Source of the DNA: Candidatus Hermodarchaeota archaeon
Lineage (GTDB): Archaea; Asgardarchaeota; Lokiarchaeia; Sigyniarchaeales; SOKP01
DNA: 26,506 nt
Assembly (NCBI GenBank): GCA_048885525.1
Contig: JBHLLP010000049.1
Coordinates: 1-26,506, forward strand
Reading direction: 5' to 3'
The translations under genes were made by a program, and so were the position numbers. Below are positions 16,305-26,200 of this stretch, piece by piece; within the stretch, counting starts at the first letter, position 1; each line of letters opens with the position of its first letter. Below the pieces are notes generated by a model. That model had not been told where the DNA came from. It did not search any database and worked only from the letters and a program-made list of their open reading frames with translations.

Positions 16305-17171
16305 TTATTCTTTTGGAAAACCACATTTGGGACATTTCCATCCAGACGGCATTTCTATTTCTTCTTCATTACCACATTCTAAACAAATCCAATGAGCTTT
16401 TTCCGTTTCTGAAGACTTAATTACGTAATCTTTTGGTTTAAATGTCTTTCTTTTAAAATAAGCTTTGGAACGACCGCAAGACACACATTTCCAATCATCT
16501 GGTAATTCTTCCAAAGCTACTTCATATCCACATTCCATACAAATCCAACCAGATAGTTCTCTTTTTTGATCTGATAATTCATCGTATACTAACTGTAGAA
16601 TCTTTTTTTGGAAATAAGATTTATTATGTCCACATGTAGGGCAATTAAAATTATTTGGTATCTCATCTATAGCAACTTCAAATCCACAGGACAGACACTT
16701 CCAAAAAGTAATCTTTCTTCTTTCTGAAAATTCCTTTTCCCTAATTAAATTTAATAACATTTTTAATCTCTGGGATTGATTCTTCTTAATCTGAGAAAAT
16801 TGTTTTAGTTTCTTCGCAATCTCTTTATAACCTTCTGTTTCAGCTACATTTACGTAAGAAGGGCATAATTCTTGCCATTCTTCATCTTCTTCTTTTATTG
16901 ATGATTCTATATTTTCATCGGTTTTTCCATAGATCGTTGGAATTTTAATTTCAATTGTCAAATTTTCAAAGATTTCCTCTTTTTTCAACGTCTGTAACAT
17001 TTGATACAGTAAATTTGCATTTTCCTTTCTTTGATTAGCAAATTCTTTAAATGTTTTGGAAATAAACAAAAATTTCTCTTGTTTTGCAATTTCTGAATAA
17101 ATTTCGTACCGAGTTCTTGTTTGAGAATCTCTTAAAAAGCTTTTCATTAGGTTATAAGCAGTCCTTCTCAT
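16305..17171 (-). CDS. Rubrerythrin-like protein: degenerate ferritin-like domain plus three rubredoxin-like CxxC...CxxC domains
   Basis: The N-terminus follows the rubrerythrin pattern (T..NLMKSF..DSQTRTRY...IAKQE; G.T.EN; AETEGYKEIA). The three knuckles are WKCLSCG..CPTCG, WICMECG..CVSCG and WICLECG..CPKCG. Confidence 0.8.
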   Translation of the reverse strand: MRRTAYNLMKSFLRDSQTRTRYEIYSEIAKQEKFLFISKTFKEFANQRKENANLLYQMLQTLKKEEIFENLTIEIKIPTIYGKTDENIESSIKEEDEEWQELCPSYVNVAETEGYKEIAKKLKQFSQIKKNQSQRLKMLLNLIREKEFSERRKITFWKCLSCGFEVAIDEIPNNFNCPTCGHNKSYFQKKILQLVYDELSDQKRELSGWICMECGYEVALEELPDDWKCVSCGRSKAYFKRKTFKPKDYVIKSSETEKAHWICLECGNEEEIEMPSGWKCPKCGFPKE

Positions 17172-17273
17172 TTTATAAACCTTAAATTATACTTTTCTAA
17201 GAATAGTATGAAAAATAAAAAAAATTACATAATTATATTTTCCTTTTATTTTCTTGATAATTCTTTCCTTGCC

Positions 17274-18020
17274 TTATAATTTTTTAAGTATATTACCAAT
17301 ATCAGATGGCATGAATATTACGATTTTTTGAGATGGTTCATGAGATATATCTTGAATTGTTTGTAAAGATCTTAACTGAATTGCTGCAGGAGTTTGAGAT
17401 AATAATTCTGCAGCTTTCGCAATATTTTTAGCTGCCTCTAATTCTCCTTCTGACGCTATTATTGTAGCTCGTTTTTCACGTTCTTTTTCAGCTTGTACAG
17501 CCATTGCACGTTTCATGTTCTCTGGTAATTCAATGGACTGAATCTTAATTTGGGTAATCTCAATCCCCCAATCTCTTGTTTCTTCATCGACAACATTACG
17601 TATTTCTTGTGAAATTCTTTCTCTCTGAGTTAATACTTCATCTAATTCCATTCCTCCAATAACATCTCTTAAAGCACCTTGAGTATAATTGAAAACAGCT
17701 CTCACATGGTTCTCAATTTTAGTTACAGCATATTCTGGATTAATAACTCTATAAAATACACTTGTATCAGCAGTTACTGGAATATTATCTTTAGTTATTA
17801 TATCTTGTTTAGCAATATCTAAGGTTTTAATCCTTATATCAACCTCTATCGATTTCTCAATTAGTGGTAATACATAGATTATCCCAGGACCAATCGTTCT
17901 TTTGTATTTTCCGAATCGGAAAATTATCAAACGTTTATATTCAGTTGCGGTTTTAAAACCTGTTAAAAGCCAGATGCAAAAAAAGAATAGCCCTACACCA
18001 ATAATTATACCTAAAATCAT
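17274..18020 (-). CDS. SPFH / stomatin (slipin) family membrane protein
   Basis: N-terminal TM helix; motifs IFRFGK, QDIITKDN, WGIEI, LPENMKRAMAVQAEKERE and AIQLRSLQT. Confidence 0.93.
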   Translation of the reverse strand: MILGIIIGVGLFFFCIWLLTGFKTATEYKRLIIFRFGKYKRTIGPGIIYVLPLIEKSIEVDIRIKTLDIAKQDIITKDNIPVTADTSVFYRVINPEYAVTKIENHVRAVFNYTQGALRDVIGGMELDEVLTQRERISQEIRNVVDEETRDWGIEITQIKIQSIELPENMKRAMAVQAEKEREKRATIIASEGELEAAKNIAKAAELLSQTPAAIQLRSLQTIQDISHEPSQKIVIFMPSDIGNILKKL

Positions 18021-18192
18021 TGCTATTTCTGAAATTTGAATCCCTCTATTAAATTTTTATTTTTTATAATAAATGTTAATGGTTTTTTGATTAATAGGAT
18101 AATTATGACTTTATAGAAAATTAGGGTATAAAAAAATTCTGTTATAAAAGAGAATTCATGTTTGATTAATCAACTAATACTAATTTCAATTT

Positions 18193-19479
18193 TTACCAAT
18201 AAAGATATTTATTAAACTCCCATTCCTTTTCTTTTCCATTAGATTTGGCAATTTCATATTCTTGAAGTTCAGCATATTTTAAATTTATAAAAATCTTCAT
18301 TAGTTCTTTTCCTAAAGTTTTTTTAATAAAAGCACTTTTTTCAAAAGCTTGTAAAGAATCTTCTAGACTGCCAGGAAGTTTTTCAATGTTTAGTTCTCTA
18401 CGTTCTTCAGTAGTCAAAAGATCAACATTTTTAGATGTAGGTTTATTTGGCTCTATTTTATTTTTAATTCCGTCTAATCCAGCAGCTAGTAATAAAGCAT
18501 TACCTAGATAAATATTCATCATAGCATCACCCGCTCTGTATTCAACGCGAACAGAATTTTCATATCCTGGTACACGTATTAATGCTGTTCTATTTCCAAT
18601 ACCCCATGAAATATATACAGGTGCTTCATGATGAGGTGTTAAGCGCTTGTAAGAATTAGTTGTAGGATTTAAAATAGCAGAGATTGCCCTAATATGATGT
18701 TGAATCCCTCCAATATAATATCTGAGAGTATCACTCAATCCCTTATCACCATCACTAAAGGCATTATTGCCATTTTTATTTAGATACTGATGAATATGCA
18801 AACCACTTCCAGCCATATCTTTAAAAGGTTTTGGCATAAAAGTACAAATTAAATCATTATAAAAAGCTCTAGTCTTAGTAATCCATTTCGCTGTTTGTAC
18901 ATTGTCCGCTTGCAATAATGCATCATTTGCGATAAATTCAACTTCGTGTTGCCCCAAACCGACCTCATGATGTATTGTTTTTACTCCAATATTCATTTTC
19001 ATCATATCATCTGTAATTTGGCGCCGAAGATCTTGAAATTTGTCCATAGGTAACATATCCATATATGTTCCTTTATCACCTGGTTTTAATTCATTCGTAA
19101 TAAAATACCATTCAATTTCCGGTCTTACTTTAAATTCAAATTGCTTAGAATGAGCTTTCTCAATTATTTTTTTTAGTGTTGCTCGAGGACATGTAAGATA
19201 GGGTTTTCCATTATTATCTGTTATATCACATATAAAACGTCCCACTCTTGGATTCCAAGGAAGGATACTAAAGGTATTAAAATCTGGTCTAATTCTCATA
19301 TCGCTTTGTTCTGTTGATAAGAAGCCTAAACTTGATCCATCAATACCAGTTCCATCTTTTAACTCTTCCCAAATTTTCGCGGGAAACTCAACTGCTTTAA
19401 ATTCACCCAAAATCGTTGTAAATTGAAATTGGATATAATCAATTGAGTTCTCTTTAAAAATATGATTAAATTCAGTCAT
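18193..19479 (-). CDS. glnA: Glutamine synthetase, type I
   Basis: Motifs DGSS, EQSDM, HHEVGLGQHEV, FMPKP...GSGLHIH, NSYKRL, EAP (flap Glu retained), GNRTALIRVP and RVEYR. Confidence 0.9.
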   Translation of the reverse strand: MTEFNHIFKENSIDYIQFQFTTILGEFKAVEFPAKIWEELKDGTGIDGSSLGFLSTEQSDMRIRPDFNTFSILPWNPRVGRFICDITDNNGKPYLTCPRATLKKIIEKAHSKQFEFKVRPEIEWYFITNELKPGDKGTYMDMLPMDKFQDLRRQITDDMMKMNIGVKTIHHEVGLGQHEVEFIANDALLQADNVQTAKWITKTRAFYNDLICTFMPKPFKDMAGSGLHIHQYLNKNGNNAFSDGDKGLSDTLRYYIGGIQHHIRAISAILNPTTNSYKRLTPHHEAPVYISWGIGNRTALIRVPGYENSVRVEYRAGDAMMNIYLGNALLLAAGLDGIKNKIEPNKPTSKNVDLLTTEERRELNIEKLPGSLEDSLQAFEKSAFIKKTLGKELMKIFINLKYAELQEYEIAKSNGKEKEWEFNKYLYW

Positions 19480-19510
19480 TTCTTTAAATTTCTATTTAAT
19501 TTTTGAAACA

Positions 19511-19717
19511 CTATTTATTCAATACTAATTTAGCAAAATATTCAAAATCTCGATTATAAGATTTCTCAGCATCCTTGGAAATCTTTGCAAATGCACATCC
19601 AGGTAGTTGTTTCATAGAAAGATGGTATTCCAAGCATTCACAACATTTACCTCTTCTATGACAATCGTAGGTGCATGTACAATTATTTTTTCTTTCTTGT
19701 TGATTACATTCAGTCAT
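19511..19717 (-). CDS. Small Cys-rich protein (DUF6485-like, putative metal-binding)
   Basis: MTECNQQERKNNCTCTYDCHRRGKCCECLEYH...QLPGCAF. ATG 19717 is preferred over the TTG at 19774 given in the track. The gene ends 31 nt upstream of glnA. Confidence 0.7.
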   Translation of the reverse strand: MTECNQQERKNNCTCTYDCHRRGKCCECLEYHLSMKQLPGCAFAKISKDAEKSYNRDFEYFAKLVLNK

Positions 19718-19882
19718 GATTCCATCGAAATTACTTATTTCTCTTTTTATCTCTAAATATTCAAAATAAACCAAAGCTTTTAAAACTGAAATAAATAAGA
19801 AACAATCTCAATGACTAAAAATAATTTATATGTCCTAAGTTTAATTTAAAGAGAATGAAAATAAATTAAGAAAAAAATATTA

Positions 19883-21940
19883 TTAAAAAAACTCTTTTCG
19901 ATGCTTTTTACTTCTTTTCAACTGCAATATAATGATTGTAGTGACCCCAAAAATTACACTAAATAGAATAAATGCATCATACCCGGGTATCAATTCCGGT
20001 GTTTCCGGCGCCCTAGTAGTCCACTTTAAAGTATAAACATTTCCAGAATTATCTCCAAAGATCCTTATAAAGTAGGTTCCATTAGAGGGAACAACATAGT
20101 CTATAAACTCATTATCGCTCTCCGTGAAGTTACTAGTTTTTTTATATATACCCGAATCATAAATTTCAATTCCAATCGCACCTTCTTGATAATCAAAGGT
20201 TACTTTTACAAACAGATGTTCATATCCTGAATAGACTAATATTCGATACCAATCATTATCATACTGTAGAGCATATCCTTGAAGATCCTTTAGTTCAGTA
20301 TCTGGATAAAATGATATATCAAATGCGGCCGATGCAGCATCATTTTCCTCATAATTATCATCAGGTCTAAAATCAGTTCGAATATCGTCCCACCAGAGAT
20401 CATATTCCTGTCTTATATAATCTCCACCTATTTGAATAAAATAAGCTCCATATGGAAGTAAAATATCAATGTCGATATTATCATCACCCGACATTGAATA
20501 ATTACTAGTTATCCAATTCGTTGAATGCCACTGTACTTGGAACTCATAAATATCAACATATATATTTCCAAGCGAAAGGTTAAATTTAACATTAACAATT
20601 AGATGCTCAAAACCAGGTGTAACCTCAATATAATACCAATCTTCACTTTCTTGAAGTGCTAATCCACCAATATCGCTTAACCACGTATACTCATCATCTT
20701 TTAAATTGTATGCTTGATCGTACCAATCGTTAGATTCATACCAATCATCCAATTTGTTTACTTCTAAGTCATACTGAACATCAGAATCACTAGTAGCATG
20801 ATACACCCGAATTCTCCAGTCTCCAGATATTTTCGCTCTATATTTAATATGCTCTTTTGACCAACCATCATTTTCGGTACTCGAATAAGATCCAGCTCGC
20901 TGGTTATTAGATGGATCATATAGTTCTAACTGTAAATTACCCCTTTTATGTTCGAAGAAAATAACAACATCAATTACTTCTCCTGTATTTAAATATATTT
21001 GAAACCAATCTTCATCTGTGCCAATAATGCTTAGACCACCCCAACCACCTGGAGTAATTGGCGCAGCTCTCCAAAACCCATCGTTGGGTTCAAAAGGATC
21101 CATCGTAGATCCTCCTGTATATACCAATATATCTAAATCATAATATTCATCAATACTTCCAGTAAGACGATATATTCGAATCGCCCAATCCCCTGACATA
21201 TCTGCTGTAAATGAGATATATTCATAATCGTAACTCGAATAAGAGCCTGTTCGTGGGTTATTAGAAGGATCATATAGTTCTAAATCTAGATCACCATCTG
21301 AATGAATGAAGTAGATATAAATTTCGATAGTTTCACCTGGATTTAAATATGTTCGAAACCAATCCTCATCATAGCCTACAATCTTCAAAGGACTGTAATA
21401 TCCCGGACTAACAGAATAAGCACTCCCATAATCATCGTTTTCCTCCATCCAATCATCTCCTGTATATACCAATATATCTAAATCATAATATTCATCAATA
21501 CTTCCAGTAAGACGATATATTCGAATCGCCCAATCCCCTGACATATCTGCTGTAAATGAGATATATTCATAATCGTAACTCGAATAAGAGCCTGTTCGTG
21601 GGTTATTAGAAGGATCATATAGTTCTAAATCTAGATCACCATCTGAATGAATGAAGTAGATATAAATTTCGATAGTTTCACCTGGATTTAAATATGTTCG
21701 AAACCAATCCTCCTCATAACCTTCAATAATCAAACTAGAGTAATAACTCGGACTAAGATACCAAGCACCCCAAAAATCATTGTTTGGTTCATAACCGTCA
21801 TTTACTGCGCTAATTGGTGGAGCAATTCCATCAGTTAGATTATTGTTAGAAATATTTCTAACAATTTTAATACCAGAGACGACTATAAGAAGTAAAAAGA
21901 TTAAAGATAAGCCCCGTTTATAATTTTTATTAAATTTCAT
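19883..21940 (-). CDS. Cell-surface protein with five pre-peptidase C-terminal (PPC)-like repeats and a Loki-CTERM-type anchor
   Basis: N-terminal signal/TM segment. Repeats of D..E.ND...A ... DWF/DWY ... DLELYD. The C-terminus has IPGYD, a hydrophobic helix and a basic tail. Confidence 0.82.
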   Translation of the reverse strand: MKFNKNYKRGLSLIFLLLIVVSGIKIVRNISNNNLTDGIAPPISAVNDGYEPNNDFWGAWYLSPSYYSSLIIEGYEEDWFRTYLNPGETIEIYIYFIHSDGDLDLELYDPSNNPRTGSYSSYDYEYISFTADMSGDWAIRIYRLTGSIDEYYDLDILVYTGDDWMEENDDYGSAYSVSPGYYSPLKIVGYDEDWFRTYLNPGETIEIYIYFIHSDGDLDLELYDPSNNPRTGSYSSYDYEYISFTADMSGDWAIRIYRLTGSIDEYYDLDILVYTGGSTMDPFEPNDGFWRAAPITPGGWGGLSIIGTDEDWFQIYLNTGEVIDVVIFFEHKRGNLQLELYDPSNNQRAGSYSSTENDGWSKEHIKYRAKISGDWRIRVYHATSDSDVQYDLEVNKLDDWYESNDWYDQAYNLKDDEYTWLSDIGGLALQESEDWYYIEVTPGFEHLIVNVKFNLSLGNIYVDIYEFQVQWHSTNWITSNYSMSGDDNIDIDILLPYGAYFIQIGGDYIRQEYDLWWDDIRTDFRPDDNYEENDAASAAFDISFYPDTELKDLQGYALQYDNDWYRILVYSGYEHLFVKVTFDYQEGAIGIEIYDSGIYKKTSNFTESDNEFIDYVVPSNGTYFIRIFGDNSGNVYTLKWTTRAPETPELIPGYDAFILFSVIFGVTTIIILQLKRSKKHRKEFF
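21112..21712. repeat. Perfect 256-bp direct repeat inside the surface-protein gene (21112-21367 = 21457-21712, period 345 bp)
   Basis: Base-by-base comparison shows no mismatch over 256 nt. The intervening 89 nt differ from the corresponding segment of the other repeat. Confidence 0.92.
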
Positions 21941-22135
21941 ACAATATTAACAAAGACTCAAACTTATAAACTTTCACATATCAGTAAAACGGACGGTATA
22001 AGGCGATGAATATTAAATTCAATTATTTACAAATGGATATAACTTATTTTGGCTTTCAATACTATTCAATTCGATAATAAGAGCAATTAATTGAGGAATT
22101 CCTAATAAATAGTGAATTATAACTAAAAAGTTTGA

Positions 22136-22252
22136 TTAATTTACTAAAGCAAAATTACAATCAGCATCTCCACATCCAGGGCATTTGAATCCCTCTTCAG
22201 GAAAATCTTCAAGTTCGAATTCATGTCCACATTTGTCACATTTCCATTTCAG
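22136..22252 (-). CDS. 38-aa rubredoxin-like / zinc-ribbon protein with an apparent CTG start
   Basis: (M)KWKCDKCGHEFELEDFPEEGFKCPGCGDADCNFALVN*. SD GGTGA lies 6 nt before the CTG, and TTTATAAA sits at 22289-22296. An in-frame TGA three codons upstream excludes an earlier start. Confidence 0.75.
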   Translation of the reverse strand: MKWKCDKCGHEFELEDFPEEGFKCPGCGDADCNFALVN

Positions 22253-22335
22253 TTTTAATCACCAAAATCTCAGAAGTGCTTCTATTCCTTTATAAATCAA
22301 TGTATTTATGCTATTTATTAATATAAAAAGAGTCG

Positions 22336-22399
22336 GGTATCGTAAATATAGACACGGTCAAAAATTAACTGGAATTGATAATATTAAGCATTAATTGGT
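22336..22399 (+). pseudogene. Short degraded remnant of an MBL-fold hydrolase gene paralogous to 13208..14209
   Basis: 22352-22376 is identical to 13984-14008 (25 nt). Flanking similarity with indels corresponds to GI.NI..HGQKLTGI..I.ALIG. Confidence 0.65.
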
Positions 22400-22739
22400 A
22401 AAATAAATTTGCAGAGTTAAATTAAACCGACAAAAAAGTTTGAGTTAGCCTTATATGGATGATAAATACTAATGCTTGAAACTGGTATCGCGAATAAAAA
22501 CTCTGATAGAAAGTTTTGTATATACTTCAAGTGATTATTTTTATTTTTTTTTCTCTAATTTTGATAGAATTTAGATATTCCTCTTAATATTTTCCAATTT
22601 TAAGTATGAAAGACTAAAAAAAAATGTGCATTTTTTTTTATAAATATAAAATTTTAGCATAGAATTTTAAGTTAGTATTTTTATGGAAATATGGGATAAG
22701 AATATTTTTTTTAAAAAATAATTAAAATGGTTTTTTACC

Positions 22740-23015
22740 ATGGAAAAATTGATAAAGTTACTGAATAAGAGAGGATTATATAATACATTTAAAGTATTTT
22801 CTATATTTGATCAATATAGAGCAGATAAACATTCATTTTATCAAAAACTCACTGAATTTAGTCATTATAACTCTTTTCTTCGAATAAAAGATAAGTTATT
22901 AGAAAAAAATATTCTTGTTATTCACAACAATAATAGAACAACTTATTTTGAACTTACACCTAAAGGTAAACATATATTTTCTCTATTAAAAGAATTAGAA
23001 GAATTATTAGAATAA
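22740..23015 (+). CDS. Small winged-helix DNA-binding protein (putative regulator)
   Basis: 91 aa. The C-terminal L.EKNIL....RTTYFELTPKGKHIFSLLKEL is a wing-helix pattern typical of archaeal wHTH proteins. Confidence 0.6.
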   Translation: MEKLIKLLNKRGLYNTFKVFSIFDQYRADKHSFYQKLTEFSHYNSFLRIKDKLLEKNILVIHNNNRTTYFELTPKGKHIFSLLKELEELLE

Positions 23016-23298
23016 ATATTAATTTTATTAACTTTTTTATGTATTTAGATAAAAATCTAATAATTATGTATTATTGCTAAAAAATTTTAATATTTTTTTT
23101 AAACGACTAATTAAAAAGATTAATAATATTTTAAACCAAAAATTAACGTGGAAAAAAATTTTTCCATTTTTGAAAAAAAAAAATAAAAATTTTTATACTT
23201 TGCTATAATTTAGAAATCTTGATTCCAAGAATTCTTGAATCCAATAGGGTAATTCAAGATTATTTAGACTTGGATTAAAAAAATATATAATTATTTCG

Positions 23299-26200
23299 AT
23301 GATTGTTGCTTTTGAATCTTTAATAATATTTTTTGGATTTTTTAGTTTATTTTTTTTTAAGAATAGAAAATGTAGGAAATTCATTTATTATTCACTTTTA
23401 ATTTTATTTAGTTTTAGTCTATGTATTAGTTCCCCTATCTCCATAGAGACAGAACAGAATAATAATATTGAAACTCCAAATGAAGATATTTTTATCTATC
23501 TCAAAGAATCAGGATCTTGGCAAATAGATCATATAGAAATTAATCAAGATGATTCTTTAAAAACTTGGGAAGTAATTAACCAAACATACCCATGGTGCAG
23601 TGGGAATGGGACTATTGATGATCCATATATAATTGAAAATGTCTCTATTAATGCTTTTAACTATGATATAGGAATTTCTATAAGCAACTCTAAAGGAATA
23701 TATTTCGTTATTAAAAATTGTCAGATATATAATTCAAGTATTGGGATTCAATTATATACTACTGATGATGGCGTTATTGTTAATAATAGCATTTCAAATA
23801 ATAATAACACAGGAATATTAATTCATAATTCCAAAAGAAATAAGATAATAGGAAATATTATTCATAACAATTCTCAATATGGGGTATTTTTAAATGGTCC
23901 TAATAGTAAAAACAATCAAATTTATAAGAATTGGTTTTATGAAAATGGAAAACATGCTATAGATGAAAGCAAAGTTAATTTTAATTCATGGTATAATTCA
24001 TCGACAGGGAACTATTGGGATAATTATACAGGTAAAGATATTAATGATGATTATATTGGAGATACCCCTTATACTTATATTTTTGGTTCAGTAGGAGCCA
24101 AAGATCTTTATCCCATTTGGTGGGACGCTCCATGTATCTCTATAATTTATCCTTTAAATTATTCAATTTATACTAAATTCGCTCCCAACTTTAAAATAAT
24201 TATAGATGAGGGAAAAGGTGATACATTTTGGTATGAATTAGCAGGTAAAAATTCCTCATTTTTATTGTTATCAGGAATATTAGGAGAAGAAATTATCGAT
24301 CTTTTTGAACAAGATTTATGGGATAATTTGTATAATGGGACACATAAAATTAGGTTTTATGTAAATGATTCAAGAGGATATGTTGGCATTAAGGAAATAA
24401 TTGTTAAGGTAATTAAACCTTTACTTAACAATTGGTGGAATTCATCATATACATATCGAGTACCATTAAAATTAGTCAATAAACATGCAAATGACCTACC
24501 CAAAGGTTATTCTGTAAATGTTTCAATAAATACCGTTAATCTAATTTCAGCAGGAAAACTCAGAAATGATGGGAAGGATCTTCGGATAGTATGGTATAAC
24601 GCTACTAGTGATGTATGGGTCGAACTCGATCGTGTGAATGAAACATATTTTAATACAATTGACACTCGATTATGGTTTAAAACTCAATCTCCAGTAAGTC
24701 CCAATAGTTATGATGGGTGTTACTACCTTTATTATGGGTGTAATGATTGTAACGATCCTCCAACAAATAAAAGTAAGATTTATGATTACTTTGATGATTT
24801 CACCCAAACTAATGGACCTGCAAATGGTTGGACGGTCATTAATGGTTCTTGGTCAGTAATTAATAACGTATATGTCGAAAACTCACACAATGTAGATGGC
24901 AGAAGTTTAATAAATTCATACACAGTAGAAAACGCCTCAATCGAAATAAAGGTAAATAGTACTGCGGGAAATTTTGGAGCAGGAGTAATGTTCCGCCATC
25001 TTAATAACCAAAATTTCTATACAGCAGGTATAGGTTTTTGGGAATATGAAGTTGCTATTGGAAAATGGACTGATGATGTCCCAGGTCCACTTGATAATAC
25101 TTCAACTTATGAAAATGTCTTGATTGCAGGTCAATGGTATGATTTGAAAATAGAGGTTCTGGGCTCCAATTATTTAGTTTTTTTAAATGGAATCTTGAAG
25201 AATAATTTATCAGATACTGACCACTTAAATGCGGGGCAGATTGGTTTGATGACTTGGACCAATAAATCAACATCATATTTTGATGATTTGAAAATTAGAT
25301 TATTAGTGCCTAATGAACCATTAATATTTCTTGGCAATGAAGAAACTTTTATTCCTCAAATTAATTACATTGAAGAAAGTATGGATCCTTTAGAATTGGG
25401 CAATAAGGTGACCATTACTGTTAACGTAACAGATCTTTTTGGGATTAAACGAGTACTTATAGAATTTGATGGAGATAATCACACAATGTTTCATATAGGA
25501 GGAGATTTGTGGCAAAATGATTCTTGGATTCCTGCTTCCACGGGAAACTACACATATACAATTTCCTGTCAAAATAATAACCTTAAGTGGAATTATATTA
25601 ATGGTTCTATTCAAGTAATAGATACAACGCCCCCTACTTTTTCAGACTTGACTGAAAGTGAAGATCCATTAGAATTAGGTCATATTGAAACAATTTCCAT
25701 TAGAATAACCGATCTTTCTGGCATAAACCAAGTTTTAATTAATATTGGGGGACACAACTATTCAATGACTTCTATTGGAGGAGATGTGTGGCAGAATGCT
25801 TCATGGATTCCCAATAGCATAGGTATTAAAAGCTACACAATATATATGGAAGATAATAATAATAATTGGAATTCTACAAGTGGTTTTATTACTGTTGAAG
25901 ACACAACATACCCTAACATTATAATTAATACACCATATCCTAACCAAATTTTCGGAGTTAATAGTCCAATTTTTAATGTAGAAATCTTAGATCTTAGTTT
26001 AGATAAAATGTGGTATACATTAAATATTGAGCCTACTAAATATTTTTTTGAAACTAATACTTCAATTGACCAAACAGTTTGGAATAGTTTGTCCGACGGG
26101 TTTAATATTATTTATTTCTATGCTAATGATACCGCTGGCAATGAAGATTCCAATAGTGTAACTGTGATTAAAGACACTGTAGACCCTATCATAATAATTA

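Noticed and set aside
18193-19479. GS-like gamma-glutamyl-polyamine ligase rather than true glutamine synthetase
   Set aside because: The ammonium-site residues appear retained (SD motif and flap Glu in EAP), which favours a true GS. Phylogeny would be needed to be certain.
21112-21712. 256-bp repeat pair as a DGR template/variable repeat
   Set aside because: The copies are identical with no adenine-specific differences, both lie in frame within one gene, and no reverse transcriptase is in the window.
23193-25614. Minus-strand ORFs 23193..23384, 25055..25276 and 25390..25614
   Set aside because: Antisense to the long open + strand surface-protein frame.
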